Assembly (NCBI GenBank): GCA_977017645.1
Contig: CDRNVU010000045.1
Location: 2,480,001-2,544,000 of the forward strand
Length of the DNA stretch: 64,000 nt
Direction of reading: 5' to 3'
Origin: Torpedo marmorata
Lineage: Eukaryota
The notes under the pieces were generated by a model, which saw only the letters and a list, made by a program, of their open reading frames with translations, made no database searches and was not told the DNA's origin. The translations under genes were made by a program, and so were the position numbers. This document shows positions 11,185-23,194 of the stretch, one piece after another (positions within the stretch are counted from its first letter, which is position 1; every line of letters begins with the position of its first letter).

Positions 11185-14100
11185 ATGACTCCGATTAATA
11201 TAGTTTCTTGGAATGTCAAAGGCTTTAATGGGCCAATTAAACGGCGTAGAGTAATGGCACATCTTAGGCAGTAAAAAGCAGATGTATTTTGTCTCAGGAA
11301 ACTAACATTATAAATTCCGACAAGGATAGGTTAATGTTCAGATGGAAAGGGCAAGTTTTTCACTGCTGTTCTGATGCCAAAGTTAGAGGAGTCTCGATAT
11401 TAATTAATCAAAATATCCCATTTGTTCTTCATAATAGTAGTTTAGAAAAACAAGGTCATTTTATTATTCTTACAGACAAATTTTATAATAGGCTGGTGGT
11501 ATTGGCTAATGTCTATGTCCCAAATATCGATGAAGCAGCATTTTCTGAAAAAAAATATTTTCCGTTATACCCGATTTAAATCATTACTCATTGATTTTGG
11601 GAGGCGATTGTAACTGTTGTTTAGATATCAAATATTGGTATTGCAGATGTTTGGCGTTTCCGAAACCCTAACAACAGAAAATATACTTTTTTATCTCACG
11701 TTCATCGCTCTTATACTAGGATTGATTACTTTTTATTTGGTAACCAATTAATCTCCTTGACCAAATCATGTGAGTACCAAGGAATACTTATATCTGATCA
11801 TGTCCCTGTCATCATGACTTTGAATTTTTATGACATTCCGTTAACAAAAAGACAATGGAGATTTATTACTACACTTCTTGCACATAAAGTTATTCTAAAT
11901 TTTATGGAGAAACAAATACAGTTTTTTTTACAACTAACTCCTCTCCAATGATGTCCAACTTGCTTTTTGGGACACAATGAAAGCATATTTAAGAGGACAA
12001 CTTATTTCTTATTCTGCTAACGTTAAGAAGAAGACTAACAAGGAAAGGTTAGACATTTACTACAATTTACTACAAACCCTCCAACTCCCACAACTATCTG
12101 GACTACACATCCTCACACCCTGTCCCCTGCATGGACTTCATCCCCTTCTCTCAATTTCTCCGCCTCCGCCGCATCTGTTCCCAAGATTAGGTATTCTACT
12201 CCAGATCTTCTGAAATGTCTGCCTTTTTCCACAAACGTAGCTTCCCCTCCACCACCATCAACTCAGCCCTCACCCGCATCTCCTCCATTCCCCGCTCATC
12301 TGCCCTGTCCCCCTCTGCCCCCAGACGCAACAAACATAGAATCCCCCTCATCCTCACCTACCACCCCACCAGCCTCCGCATCCAACACATTATCCGCCGG
12401 AATTTCCGGCACTTACTACAGGATGCCACCACCAGGCATATTTTTCATTCTTCTCCCCTCTCGGCCTTCCGTAGAGACCGCTCCCTCCGCGATTCACTCG
12501 TGCACTCATCCCTCCCCACCCATCGCACCCCCGGCACCTTCCCCTGTGCCCGCAGGAGGTGCAACACCTGCGCCCACACCTCCCCCCTCACCACGGTCCA
12601 GGGCCCCAAACAGGCCTTCCAAGTGAAACTACACTTCACTTGTACATCCAGAGAACTTATTTACTGCATCCGGTGCTCCCTTTGTGGCTTTCTATACATT
12701 GGAGAGACCGGTCGTAGATTGGGAGTCCGCTTTGCTGAGCACCTCCTCTCCGTCCGCAACAACGGCGACCTCCCAGTAGCCAACCATTTCAATTCCGGGT
12801 AACACTCCCACACTCACATGTCTGTCCATGGTCTCATGTACTATCCCACCCAGACTACCCGCAAATTGGAGGAACAATATCCCATATTTCGTCTCGGCAC
12901 TCTCCAGCCAGATGGCATTAACATTGACGTTTCTGCTTTCCACTAAACCTGCTTGTCGTTCCCTTCCCCTCCCCCCTCACCTGTCCTTCCTGTTTTTCTC
13001 CAGCTACCTAGCCATCCCTCCTCCCCCTCTTTGCTGCTGTCCCTTCCCTCCTTTCTCCACCTATCATCTCCTGCCTTTGCCATCCCCCTTCCCCCCTCAC
13101 TCTTTTGTTCCGACGCCTGCCGGTATTTTCTCATACTTTGATGAAGGGCTCAAGCCCGAAACGTCGGTTATGTATTTCTACCTTTGCTACATAAAATACA
13201 CTGTTTGACCTGTTGAGTTTCTCCAGCATTTGTGTTTTTTTACTTCAACCACGGTGTCTACAGATTTTCGTGTTTTACTTTAAGAATTAATGAATCAGAT
13301 TAAACAAATTGATTTAAAATTTTCTCAAAATAAAAACCCGGATTTTTAAAAGAGAAGAGTATAACTTAAAACTAAATATGATCTTCCCTCTACCTACCCA
13401 ATTGAACAGCAATTGCTTCGGAGCAGAAGTCTATTATATATTCATGGTGAAAAATATTGTAAGTTACTAGCTGGACAATTAAAAGGATTTTTTGTTAAAA
13501 ACAAATAAATATGATTCGGATGAGAGATGGTAAAACGACATCAGTTTATTTGAAAATAAATGAAACTTTTAGAGAATTCTATTCTCACCTTTATACCTCC
13601 GAATTTAATAATGATTATGTTTCAATGTCGGAATTCCTAGATCGTTTGAATTAACCTGTTCTTTCTCAAGACCAACGTGCATGTCTGGAAACATCTATTT
13701 CACTTGAGGAAATATCCATGGCTATTTCCTCACTGCAGTCTGGTAAATCTCCAGGACCAGACGGCTTTACTGTCGAATTTTATAAATCATTCTCCAAATG
13801 GTTTGTACCCCACTTAAACTCTGTATTTGAAGACTCATTTAAGGATGAGAAGCTTCATTCATCTTTTAATGAGACGAGTTTATCTCTTATTTTTTTAAAA
13901 AGGGAAAGAATCAATAGAATGTGCATCTTAAAGGCCTATTACATTTCTTAATGTGGATATGAAGATTCTATCAAAGGTCTTAGCGCAGAGATTAGAAAAT
14001 ATTCTACCTATTAATTATTGACTCTGATCAAACTGGTTTTATTAAAAATAGTTATTCTTATTACAACATACATCGATTATTAAATATCTTATATTTACCC

Positions 14101-14628
14101 TCCACCCCAGCGACCGAATGTGATCTCTCATAAGATGCTGAGAAAGCGTTTGATCGGGTCGAATGGAAACATCTATTTGACAGTTTAGGAAATTTTAATT
14201 TTGGTACACACTTTATCAAATGGATTAAATCATTATATTTATGCCTAATGGCTTCAATTCGTTCTAATTTACAAAAATCAAATATGTTTAGGCGTAATAG
14301 GGGAACGCGGTAAGGATGCCTGTTAAGTCCTTTTCTTTTTGGTATGGTACTGGAACTTTTAGCTGTTGCTCTCCGACAGTGTAGAGAATTTAAAGGAATA
14401 ACTAGAAGTGGAATCGAACATAAAGTATCTCTTTTTGCGAATGATCTATTGCATTTTATTTCAAATCCTGATGTTTCTATACCAATGATATTAAATTTTT
14501 TTGCCCAATTTAGCCAGTTTTCGGGTTATAAATTAAATTTGCACAAGAGTGAAAGATTACCCTTAAAATGATCTTTTTCAAGCTATTCTAATTTCCCGTT
14601 TAAAATAGTTAAGTACCAATTTAAATAT
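11185..14628 (+). pseudogene. L1-A ORF2p (APE endonuclease + RT), degenerate, interrupted by Penelope
   Basis: SWNVKG, QET, NVYVPN, RIDYF, ISDH, KAYLRGQ, KSPGPDGFTVEFYK and SLFANDL, from ORFs 11289, 11757, 11977, 13718 and 14344 plus manual reading. Confidence 0.88.
12053..13280 (+). mobile_element. Penelope-like element, 5'-truncated (RT C-terminus + GIY-YIG endonuclease + 3' terminal region)
   Basis: DIYYKP...SSHP...IPFSQFLRLRRICS, then ORF 12215-12802 with CxxxxCxxC, LIYCIRC and YIGETGR...RFAEH. Terminal motif TTTGATGAAGGGCTCAAGCCCGAAACGTCG. L1-A ORF2 resumes at ~13281. Confidence 0.92.
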
Positions 14629-14629
14629 T

Positions 14630-15775
14630 ACAGGATGCATAGTTGGGCAGAAAAGTGGCAGGTGGAGTTCAATACGAATAAGTGTGAGGTGATGCATTTT
14701 GGAAGGACAAACCGGAAGTCACCAACCTTCAGGTAGAATACTTTCCTTCCACTACTGCTCTCTGCTCTCTACCTGCAAGCAAACGTTTTATCCACACAGT
14801 AAGATTCGACTGATCCACTGCCTCATGACCTTCTGGGTGAGTCTCTCGTGGGGGACCTTGTCAAATGCCTTGCTAAAATCCATGCAGACAACATCTACCG
14901 CCCTGCCCTGATCAATATATTTTGTTACCTCCTCAAAAAACTCAAATAGGCTCGTGAGGTAAGACCTTCCCTTCACAAAGCCATGCTGACTATCCTTGAG
15001 TAGTCTGAACCTCTCCAAATGTTTATACATCCTATCTTTAAGAATTCTCTCCAATCGTCTGCACACCACTGACGTAAGACTCATCGGTCTATAATTCCCA
15101 GGATTGTCCCTATTAACCTTTTTGAACAAGGGGACTACATTCGCCATTCTCCAATCTTCCGGCACCTCCCGTTCAGACAAAGAGGATTCAAATATCATAG
15201 CTACTGCCCCAGCGATCTCGTCTCTCACTTCCCACATCAACCTGGGGTATATCACATCCGGCCCCTGGGACCTATCAATCTTGATATTTTTATGAAGTTC
15301 CAATACTTTCTCTTCCTTAGACTCCACATTGTCCAGCACACAGGCCTGTTCTATTTCGACCTCACCCTGATCAAGGTCCTTTTATCTCTTGAATGCCGAA
15401 GTAAAGTATTAATTTAGGACCACCCCAACCTCCTCCGCCTCCAGGCACATGTTGCCTCCTTTATCCTTTACCGGCCCCACCTTTCTTCTCGTAATCCTCC
15501 TCTTCTTCACATTCGCATAGAACGCCTAGGTTTCCCCTTAATCCTACATGCCTAGGCCTTCTCATGCCCCCTTCGAGCTCTCATTTATTTTCTTAAGCTC
15601 CTTCCTGGCTACCATATATTTTTCATGAGCCCTTCCTTTTTCCTGCTTCCCATACTGTATCTAACATATGTTTCCTTCTTCCTCTTGACTAATTGCCTCA
15701 ACTGTTTCGTCAGCCACGGTTCCCTTTTCCTACCATTTTTTCCTTGTCTCTGTGGGACAAACCTATCCTTAACCC
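14630..15775 (-). mobile_element. CR1 ORF2 fragments (short + piece 14630-14718 joined tail-to-tail to a - piece 14719-15775)
   Basis: ORF 14788-15339 (GNYRPMSLTSVV, MDFSKAFDKVPH). The + piece reads WAEKWQVEFNTNKCEVMHFG. Confidence 0.85.
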
Positions 15776-17918
15776 ATCACGTGGAGTAAATGAAATTACA
15801 GTCGCATGGGAGAGGATCTGGCCAAAGTGGATTGGAAAAACACTCTATTGGGGAAGACAGCAGATCGGCAATGGGTTGAATTTCTGAAAAATATGAGGGA
15901 AGTTTAGGGCAGGTGCAGAACAAAGCGAAAAAAAGATGTGAATGGAAAAAATTAGACAATTATGGTTGACGAGGGAAGTTAAGGGCAATGTAAAACCAAA
16001 AGAGAGGGCATACAAGGAAGCAAAAATAGTGGGAAGATAGAGGAAGTAAAAGAGCAATTATGAAAGGAGATTAACAAATAATATCAATGACGATGCGAAA
16101 ACGTTTTTTGAGTGTATAACGAGCAAAGGAGAGAGGCGAGTAGACATAGGACCGTTTGAAAAAGACGCCGGAGGGATTCTAATGGGAGACAAGGAGATGG
16201 AAGAGGAACTGAATGAATATTTTGAATCAGTCTTTACGGTAGAAGACATTAGTAGGTTACGAATCTCTGAAAGGTCTCTGGGAACTGAAGTGAGTGCTGT
16301 CAGGATCACGAGAGAGAAGGTACTTGGGAAGTTAAATGGTTCATGGGTAGATATGTCTCCAGGGCCGGATGGAATGCACCGTCGAGTTTGGAAGGAGGTT
16401 GCCGCAGAGATTGTGGAAGCATTGATAATGATCTTCCAGGAATCAATGGATTGCGGCATGGTTCCAGAGGACTGGAGAATCGCGAATGTCACTCTGCTCT
16501 TTAAGAAGGGAACGAGGCAGTAGAAAGGAGACTATATACATATTAATCTGACGTTGGTGGTTGGGAAGAAGTTGCAATCAATTGTCAAAGATGAGGTTAC
16601 GGAGAACCCAGAGGAGCATCACAAGATAGGTCAAAGTCAGCATGGTTTCCTTAAAGGAAAATCATGCCTGACAAACCTACACTTTTTTTAGGAGACAACA
16701 CACAGGACAGACAGGGGAGAAGCAGTTGATATTGTGTACTTGGACTTTCTAAAAGGCCTTCGACAAGGTGAAACATATGAGGCTGTTTAACAAGATGTGA
16801 GCTCATGGAATTACAGGAAGGATAGAAGCATGTGTAGAACATTGGTTAATAGGCACGAAACAGAGAGGGGGAATAAGGGGATCCTACTCGGGTTGGTTGC
16901 CTGTTACTAGTGGTTTTCCGCAGGGTGTCAGTGTTGCGTCCGCTTCTTTTTAAGCTGTATATAAATGATTTGGATCATGGAATAGATGGCTTTGTGGCTA
17001 AATTTGCGGATGACACAAACATCGTTGGAAGAGCTGGTGGTGCTGAGGACACGGAAATGCTGCAGAGAAACTTCGATAGATTAGGAGAATGGGCAAAGAG
17101 ATGGCAGATGAAATACAATGTTGGGAATTGTGCAGTCATACACATTTGTACAAGAAATAGACGTAGAGCCTATTATTTAGATGGGGTGAAAATTCAAAAT
17201 TCGGAGGTGCAAAGGGACTTGTGAGTCGTCGTGCAGGATATCCAAAAGGTTAACCTCCTGGTTGAGTCGGCAGTGAAGAAAGCGAATGCAATTTTGGCAT
17301 TCATTTCCAGAGGAATAGCAACAAGAGCAGGGATGTATGATGAGACTTTACAAGGCGCTGGTGAGCCCTCACTTGGAGTACTGTGAACAGTTTTGGGCGC
17401 CTTATTTGAGAAAGGATGTGCAAGCATTGGAAAGTGTTCAGAGAATATTTACGAGAATGATACAAGGATTAACATTTTAGCATATGAGAAAAGTTTGTCG
17501 GTTTTTGGATTGTACTCTTTTGAGTACAGAAGGATGATAAGGGACCATATGGAGACATTTCGAATGATGAAAGGCCTGTACAGAGTAGATGTGTCCAAGG
17601 TGTTTCACATGGTAGGGAAGTCCAGGACAAGTGGCCACAATTTCAAGATATAAGGGCGTACATTTAAAACAGAAATGCTGAGACATTTCCTTAGCCAGAG
17701 GTTCGTGAATCTCTGGAATTTGTTTCCACAGGCGGCGGTGGATGTGAGGTCATTGGGTGTATTTAAGGCAGAAATTGAAAGGTATTGGTTGGGGCATCAA
17801 AGGTTACGGGGAGAAGGCCGGGGAGTGGGGCTGAGTATAAGGATCAGCTCATGATTAAACGGGAGTGCAGACCCGACGGGCCGAAAGGCCTACTTCTGGT
17901 CTGATATTTTACGTTCTG
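15776..17918 (+). mobile_element. CR1 LINE (different subfamily), 5'-truncated, to 3' end
   Basis: ORFs 16182-16523, 16910-17224 (KFADDT) and 17393-17653; CR1 3' end GGCCGAAAGGCCTACTTCTG. Confidence 0.9.
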
Positions 17919-18771
17919 AACGGAATTACCCTTCCACCTCTCACCAACTGTTGACTTAAATGCCAAGGATCACATCTCATCTGTTTCACAGTCGTCCCGC
18001 TGACCCGGCTACATTGCAGTGTTTTTCCTCAACTCGGTCATTAGCCTAAACATACTTTTCTTGTTGACACTCGCGACGTCATGATCTGTGTCTCAATAAG
18101 GTGCGAATTTCTTGAACAGATCATTGTGCTGTCGCACAGACCAGAGTTGGAGAGTTTCAGAATTGTCTGTTTAGTGGAGCACTTTTGCGGGAATAAACTC
18201 TGGTACAGTTATAATCAACCGAGCGACAACATAACGCCCACATGTAACACGAAGGATTATCCAATAGTTCGGACAGGAAGCTGGACAGAACAAACAATAT
18301 TCCACATGTTTGTACCTGGAGAATCGTCTGACAACCCAGACAGGAGGCAGGTAGAAAATCAAGGTCAGAGAGACCAACAACGTCCAATTTGTCCTCATCT
18401 TCATCTGGTCCTGCCCCTCTCCGGCTGCTGTATAAAATAAAGTACGTGGACTAGTTCATTCTCTTTTCGCCTTGGTGAAAATCACTGAGCTGCATTGAAA
18501 GTTGCGAATCGCCGGTGACGTTGGATTTCTAATTCTATCATGAGTGCAGGTAAAGGGTGGAGCTATTTGTGGCGAACACCCGGGAGAGTCAGTGGTGTCT
18601 CACCCGGTGTAACCTGTAACAATATTTGTACATTTATAGTTGTTAATTGAACTTTAGAGCCTTCTTGCCGGGGAAGGGTGTGGACAGAAGTGTTTGTTTT
18701 AACCATCGCGGTGTCATCATCGGTAGTTAGAATCTTTAGCACTAATCTGTATCCGATTTTCATAATTATAA

Positions 18772-18960
18772 NNNNNNNNNNNNNNNNNNNNNNNNNNNNN
18801 NNNNNNNNNNNNNNNNNNNNNNNNNNNNNNNNNNNNNNNNNNNNNNNNNNNNNNNNNNNNNNNNNNNNNNNNNNNNNNNNNNNNNNNNNNNNNNNNNNNN
18901 NNNNNNNNNNNNNNNNNNNNNNNNNNNNNNNNNNNNNNNNNNNNNNNNNNNNNNNNNNNN
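18772..18960. other. Assembly gap (N run)
   Basis: Continuous run of n characters. Confidence 1.
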
Positions 18961-18989
18961 CTCCAGTTTCTAAATCAGGGTTTCGTACG

Positions 18990-19620
18990 AACACATGTCC
19001 AGCACAAGGAAACCTTTTCGCAGATAAATTAGTTCCTCTGTCGTTCAGATGCAAATGGTCCCATCGCCTGGGAATCATCTTCCATGGAATAGAGCCCTAA
19101 ATCTGATGCCATCCATCCTGCACCTCCTATTCATCTGACCTCCTTTAGCTTGTCCTCATAAGGTCACCCCGTCAACAGTTTCAAGCACGGTGTATGCGTT
19201 CTTCAGGGGAAAGGCCACAGGGTTTCCTCGAACTAACACTGCTCCCTTTTCTTCTCCTGACCGTTACACAGCAGGATACTTCCTGTGGCTTAGTTGTGAA
19301 CACCACTCTGTAAATACAGTCCATCACGCCCTCAGCCTCGCGAATGATCCGGTGTTCATTCAGCTCAGCTGCACGTCCCTAACACCGTTTCTAAAAAGTG
19401 CACCTTAATGCACTGTTTGCAGAGAACGTCGCACGGACAATCCACTCCTGCAAGAAGAGTCTACCCATGTCCTGGCTGCGTATATTCATTGTATAGGAAT
19501 TCATCGCTAACTCAACCATGTCATTTGTACTATTGTGTGCAACGGTCATTGTCTGTCCTCCATTCCCCTTTAAAATGTCCTCCAACCAGCCAGTGTCATC
19601 GTTGATCCTTCCCGGCGTCT
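18990..19620 (-). mobile_element. Old rearranged CR1 ORF1 remnants (zinc finger and SGNH esterase blocks)
   Basis: HLHLNDRGTNLSAKRF (ORF 18563-19078), CKQC at ~19410, and EDILKGNGGQTMTVAHNSTNDM (ORF 19391-19585), matching the CR1 ORF1 HIGTND block. Confidence 0.65.
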
Positions 19621-19751
19621 ATTCCATGACGATAGAACTTAGTTCATCCCCCATCGCCGAATAAACTCCTGTCTGTTGCCCAAAGTAATGGGTCTCCCAT
19701 CATCATATGCCCGCCAGTTTGCATCATTATATCTGAGCCTCAGAGCCAATC

Positions 19752-22246
19752 ATAACCATATAACCATACAACGATATAACACATACAGCACAGAAACAGG
19801 CTAGTTTGGCCCTTCTGGTCCGTGCCAGACACCTTCTCCCACCTTGTCCCACTGACCCACACCCGGCCCATAACCCTCCACACCTCTCTCGTCCATATAC
19901 CAATACAACGTTTCCTTAACCATTAAAATTGGAAATGCATCTACCACTTCGGAAGGAAGCTCGTTCCACCCTTCCACCACCCTCTGAGTGAAGAAATTCC
20001 CACTCATGCTTCCTCTAAACTTTTCCCCTTTCAATCTCAGTCCATGCCCTCTTATTTGAATCTTCACCACTGTCAATGGAAAAAGCCTGTATACGTTGAC
20101 TTTATCTGTCCCCTTCATAATTTTAAATACATCTATCAAATCACCCCTCAACCTTCTACGCTCTTGGGAAAAAAGTCAAACTTTCCCTGTAACTCAAACC
20201 CAGAAACCCAGGCAACATCTTGTAAATCTCCTCTGCATTCTCTCTATTCTGTTTATATCCTTCCTGTAATTCGGCGAAAAAAACTGCGCACAATATTCAA
20301 ATTTGGCCTCACCAATGCCTTATACAACTTCAACATGACATACCAACTCCTATATTCAATACGCTGATTTATGAAGGCCAACATACCAAATGCCTTCTTC
20401 ACCACGTGTGACTCAACTTTCAGGGAATTATGTACCAGAATTCCTAAATCCTTCTGTTCTACTGCACTTCTCAATTGTCTTACATTTAACATGTATGACC
20501 TTTGCTGATTAATCCTACCAAAATGTAACACCTCACATTTATCAGTATTAAATTCCATCTGCCATGTTTCCGCCCACTCTTCTAACTGTCCTATATCCCC
20601 CTGCAAGCTTTGATATCCTTCTTCACTGGCCACAACACCACCAATCGTCGTATCATCTGCATACTTACTAATCCAATTTACCACCCTATCATCTAGATCA
20701 TTAATATATATGACAAACAACAATGGACCCAGTACCGATCCCTGAGGCACTCCACTAGTCACCGGCCTCCAATTTGACAAACAATTTTACATCACTACTC
20801 TCTGGCATCTCCAATCCAACCATTGTTGAATCCATTTCACTACTTCGTCGTTAATACCTAATGCTTGAACCTTCCTAACGAGCCTCTTATGCGGAACCTT
20901 GTCAAATGCTTTACTAAAGTCCATATAGACAACATCCACAGCCTTTCCCTCGTCAACCCACTTAGTAACCTCATCGAAAAACTCTATGCGATTTGCCAAA
21001 CATGATCTACCACGAACAAAACCGTGTTGGCTACTCCTAATCAATGCTTGTATTTCCAAATAACTGTATGCACCATCTCTAAGAACACTCTCCATTAATT
21101 TACCCACTACCGATGTCAGACTCACAGGCCTATAATTTCCAGGTTTACTTTTGGAGACCTTCTTAAACAGCGGGACAACATGAGCTAACCTCCAATCCTC
21201 CGGCACCTCTCCCGTGGCCAGTGATATTTTAAATATTTCTGTCAGAGCCTCCACTATTTGTACACTAACCTCCCTCAGGGTCCTCGGGAATATCCTATCA
21301 GGACCTGGAGATTTATCCACCTTTATACTCTTTAAAATAGCCAATACTACCTCCTCATTAATATTTATATTTTCCATGACCTCCCTGCCAGATTGCCTTA
21401 CTTCATCTGGCTCAATATTCCTTTCCTTTGTAAATACTGAAGAAAGAAATTCATTTAAAATCTCCCCCATCTCGTTTGACTTCTCACATAGCCTACCGGT
21501 CTGATCCTCAATGGGCCCAATTTTATCCCTCACTTCTCTTTTGCTTTTAATGTACCTGTAGAAACTCTTTGGATTTATCTTTTACCTTGCATGCCAAAGC
21601 AGCCTCATATCTCCTTTTAGCCTTTCTAATTTCTTTCTTAAGAATTTTTTTACACTCCTTATATTCCTCAAGGACCTCATCTATTCCCTGCTGTCTATAC
21701 CTGTTGTACACATCCCTCTTCCTCCGAACCAAATTCCCAATATCCATTGAAAACCAAGGCTCCCTATATTTTCTAACTCTTCCTTTAATCCTCACAGGGA
21801 CGAACCGACTCTGTACTCTCATAATTTCCCCTTTGAATATCCTCCATTTATCTGTGACATCCTTTCCTAAAAATAAATTATCCCAATCCACACCCTCTAA
21901 ATCCTTCCTCATCTCCTCAAAATTTGCCTTATTCCAATGAAGAATCTCAACCTTAGGCCCAGCCCTATCCTTCTCCATTATCAACCTAAAACTAATGGTA
22001 TTATGATCACTAGACCCAAAGTGTTCCCCAACACACACCTCTGTCACCTGACCTATCTCGTTCCCAAATAGGAGATCCAATACTGCCTCCTCTCTCGTCG
22101 GTTCTTCTATGTATTGATTTAGAAAACTTTCCTGAACACATTTGACAAACTCCAATCCATCCTGCCCTATTACAATATGGGCGTCCCAGTCAGTATGTGG
22201 AAAGTTAAAATCACCTATAATCTCCACCTTATGCTTATTACACATC
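19752..22246 (-). mobile_element. CR1 LINE, same subfamily as the copies at 38-5411
   Basis: (ATAACCAT)n tail at 19752. ORFs 21547-22245, 20787-21533, 20253-20780 (YADDT) and 19801-20151 are near-identical to the 3062-4722 ORFs. Confidence 0.95.
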
Positions 22247-22818
22247 TTGTGATCTGGTGATGTGTGCTGACATTAATTAATCAAATTCAAAGTGGTGCAT
22301 GGTGTTCATATGTCCAAAGATAAATTGGCTAGTATTTTGCTGATATTAACACTACTTGTGACAGATTTAAATCTGACATTGTTTAATTGAAACATGTGTT
22401 TTGGTCTTTTTCAACCTTACAAAACTATTGGAAAGAACATTTTAATATATTTTCAACTATATTCCAGGTGGAGCAACGACCCAATCCAATAACTGCTCTT
22501 TTAGTGGTTATTGACCCAGACATAGGGGGTTTTTCAATGGTTTTCTCACTTTATGACTTGGTTAAGCTTAGAAAAAAATTAGATATCATGTATTTGATTC
22601 GTTGGTGAAATTTGGAGATACATGGCGACCTTTTACGTCTTACATTCATATGTAAGTGTTTCTAATGTGATTAGATGTATTTACTTTTCCTTTGTTTTTT
22701 GATTTACGGTAGGAGCCAAAAATCACAAAATATATATAACCTTCAGGATAAACTGCTCAGTTGTTTTTGATAGTTGTGTTTTTGTTAGAGTATAAGATAA
22801 TTTAAAAAGTTTAAAAAA
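22247..22818 (+). mobile_element. Old L1 ORF2 3' end and 3' UTR
   Basis: KFKVVHGVHMSKDKLA...CDR...HVFWS...LQNYW, with an A-rich end at ~22805-22818. Confidence 0.7.
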
Positions 22819-22819
22819 C

Positions 22820-23185
22820 AACGGGTGCGGGATGAAAGGGGGAGGAGTGGCGTTGCTCGTCAGGGAAAATATCACAGCTGTGCTCAGGCAGGACAGAGCA
22901 GAGAGCTCATCTACTGAGGCTATATGGGTGGAGCTGAGGAACGGGAAAGATATGACCACACTCATGGACCGCCCAATTGTCAACGAGAATTTGAGGCGCA
23001 AATCTTTTGAGAGATAGCAGACAGCTGTAGGAAACATAAGGTTGTGCTCGTGGGATATTTTAACTTTCCACTTATTCACTGGGATTCCCATACTGTAAAA
23101 TGGATGGAGGGCTTGGAGTTTGTCAAATGTGCTCAGGAAAGTTTTCCAGATCAATATGTAGACGTACCAACTAGAGAGAGTATAA
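22820..23185 (+). mobile_element. CR1 endonuclease fragment
   Basis: ORF 22832-23017 KGGGVALLVRENI...EAIWVEL. Confidence 0.8.
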
Positions 23186-23194
23186 AATTCAAGA

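Larger units (their letters stand above)
1..14628 (+). mobile_element. Old L1-clade LINE (L1-A), fragmented by nested insertions; starts before the window
   Basis: ORF1 reads across the CR1 insertion: 1-37 gives RKLLSRLVNLEG and 5412 onward gives RTRRNNIRILGIKEG...LDRAYR...YPARLRI, ending TAA at ~5928. ORF2 starts at ATG 11185 (MTPINIVSWNVKG, APE endonuclease) and continues through KAYLRGQ, GKSPGPDGF, DAEKAFDRVEW and LFANDL, with stops and frameshifts. Confidence 0.88.

Noticed and set aside
14630-15775. Opposite-orientation CR1 pieces as a second twin-priming event
   Set aside because: The geometry is tail-to-tail with no 3' tail; more likely a later rearrangement.
18563-19100. ORFs of 171 and 140 aa
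   Set aside because: Artefacts of reading through the N gap.
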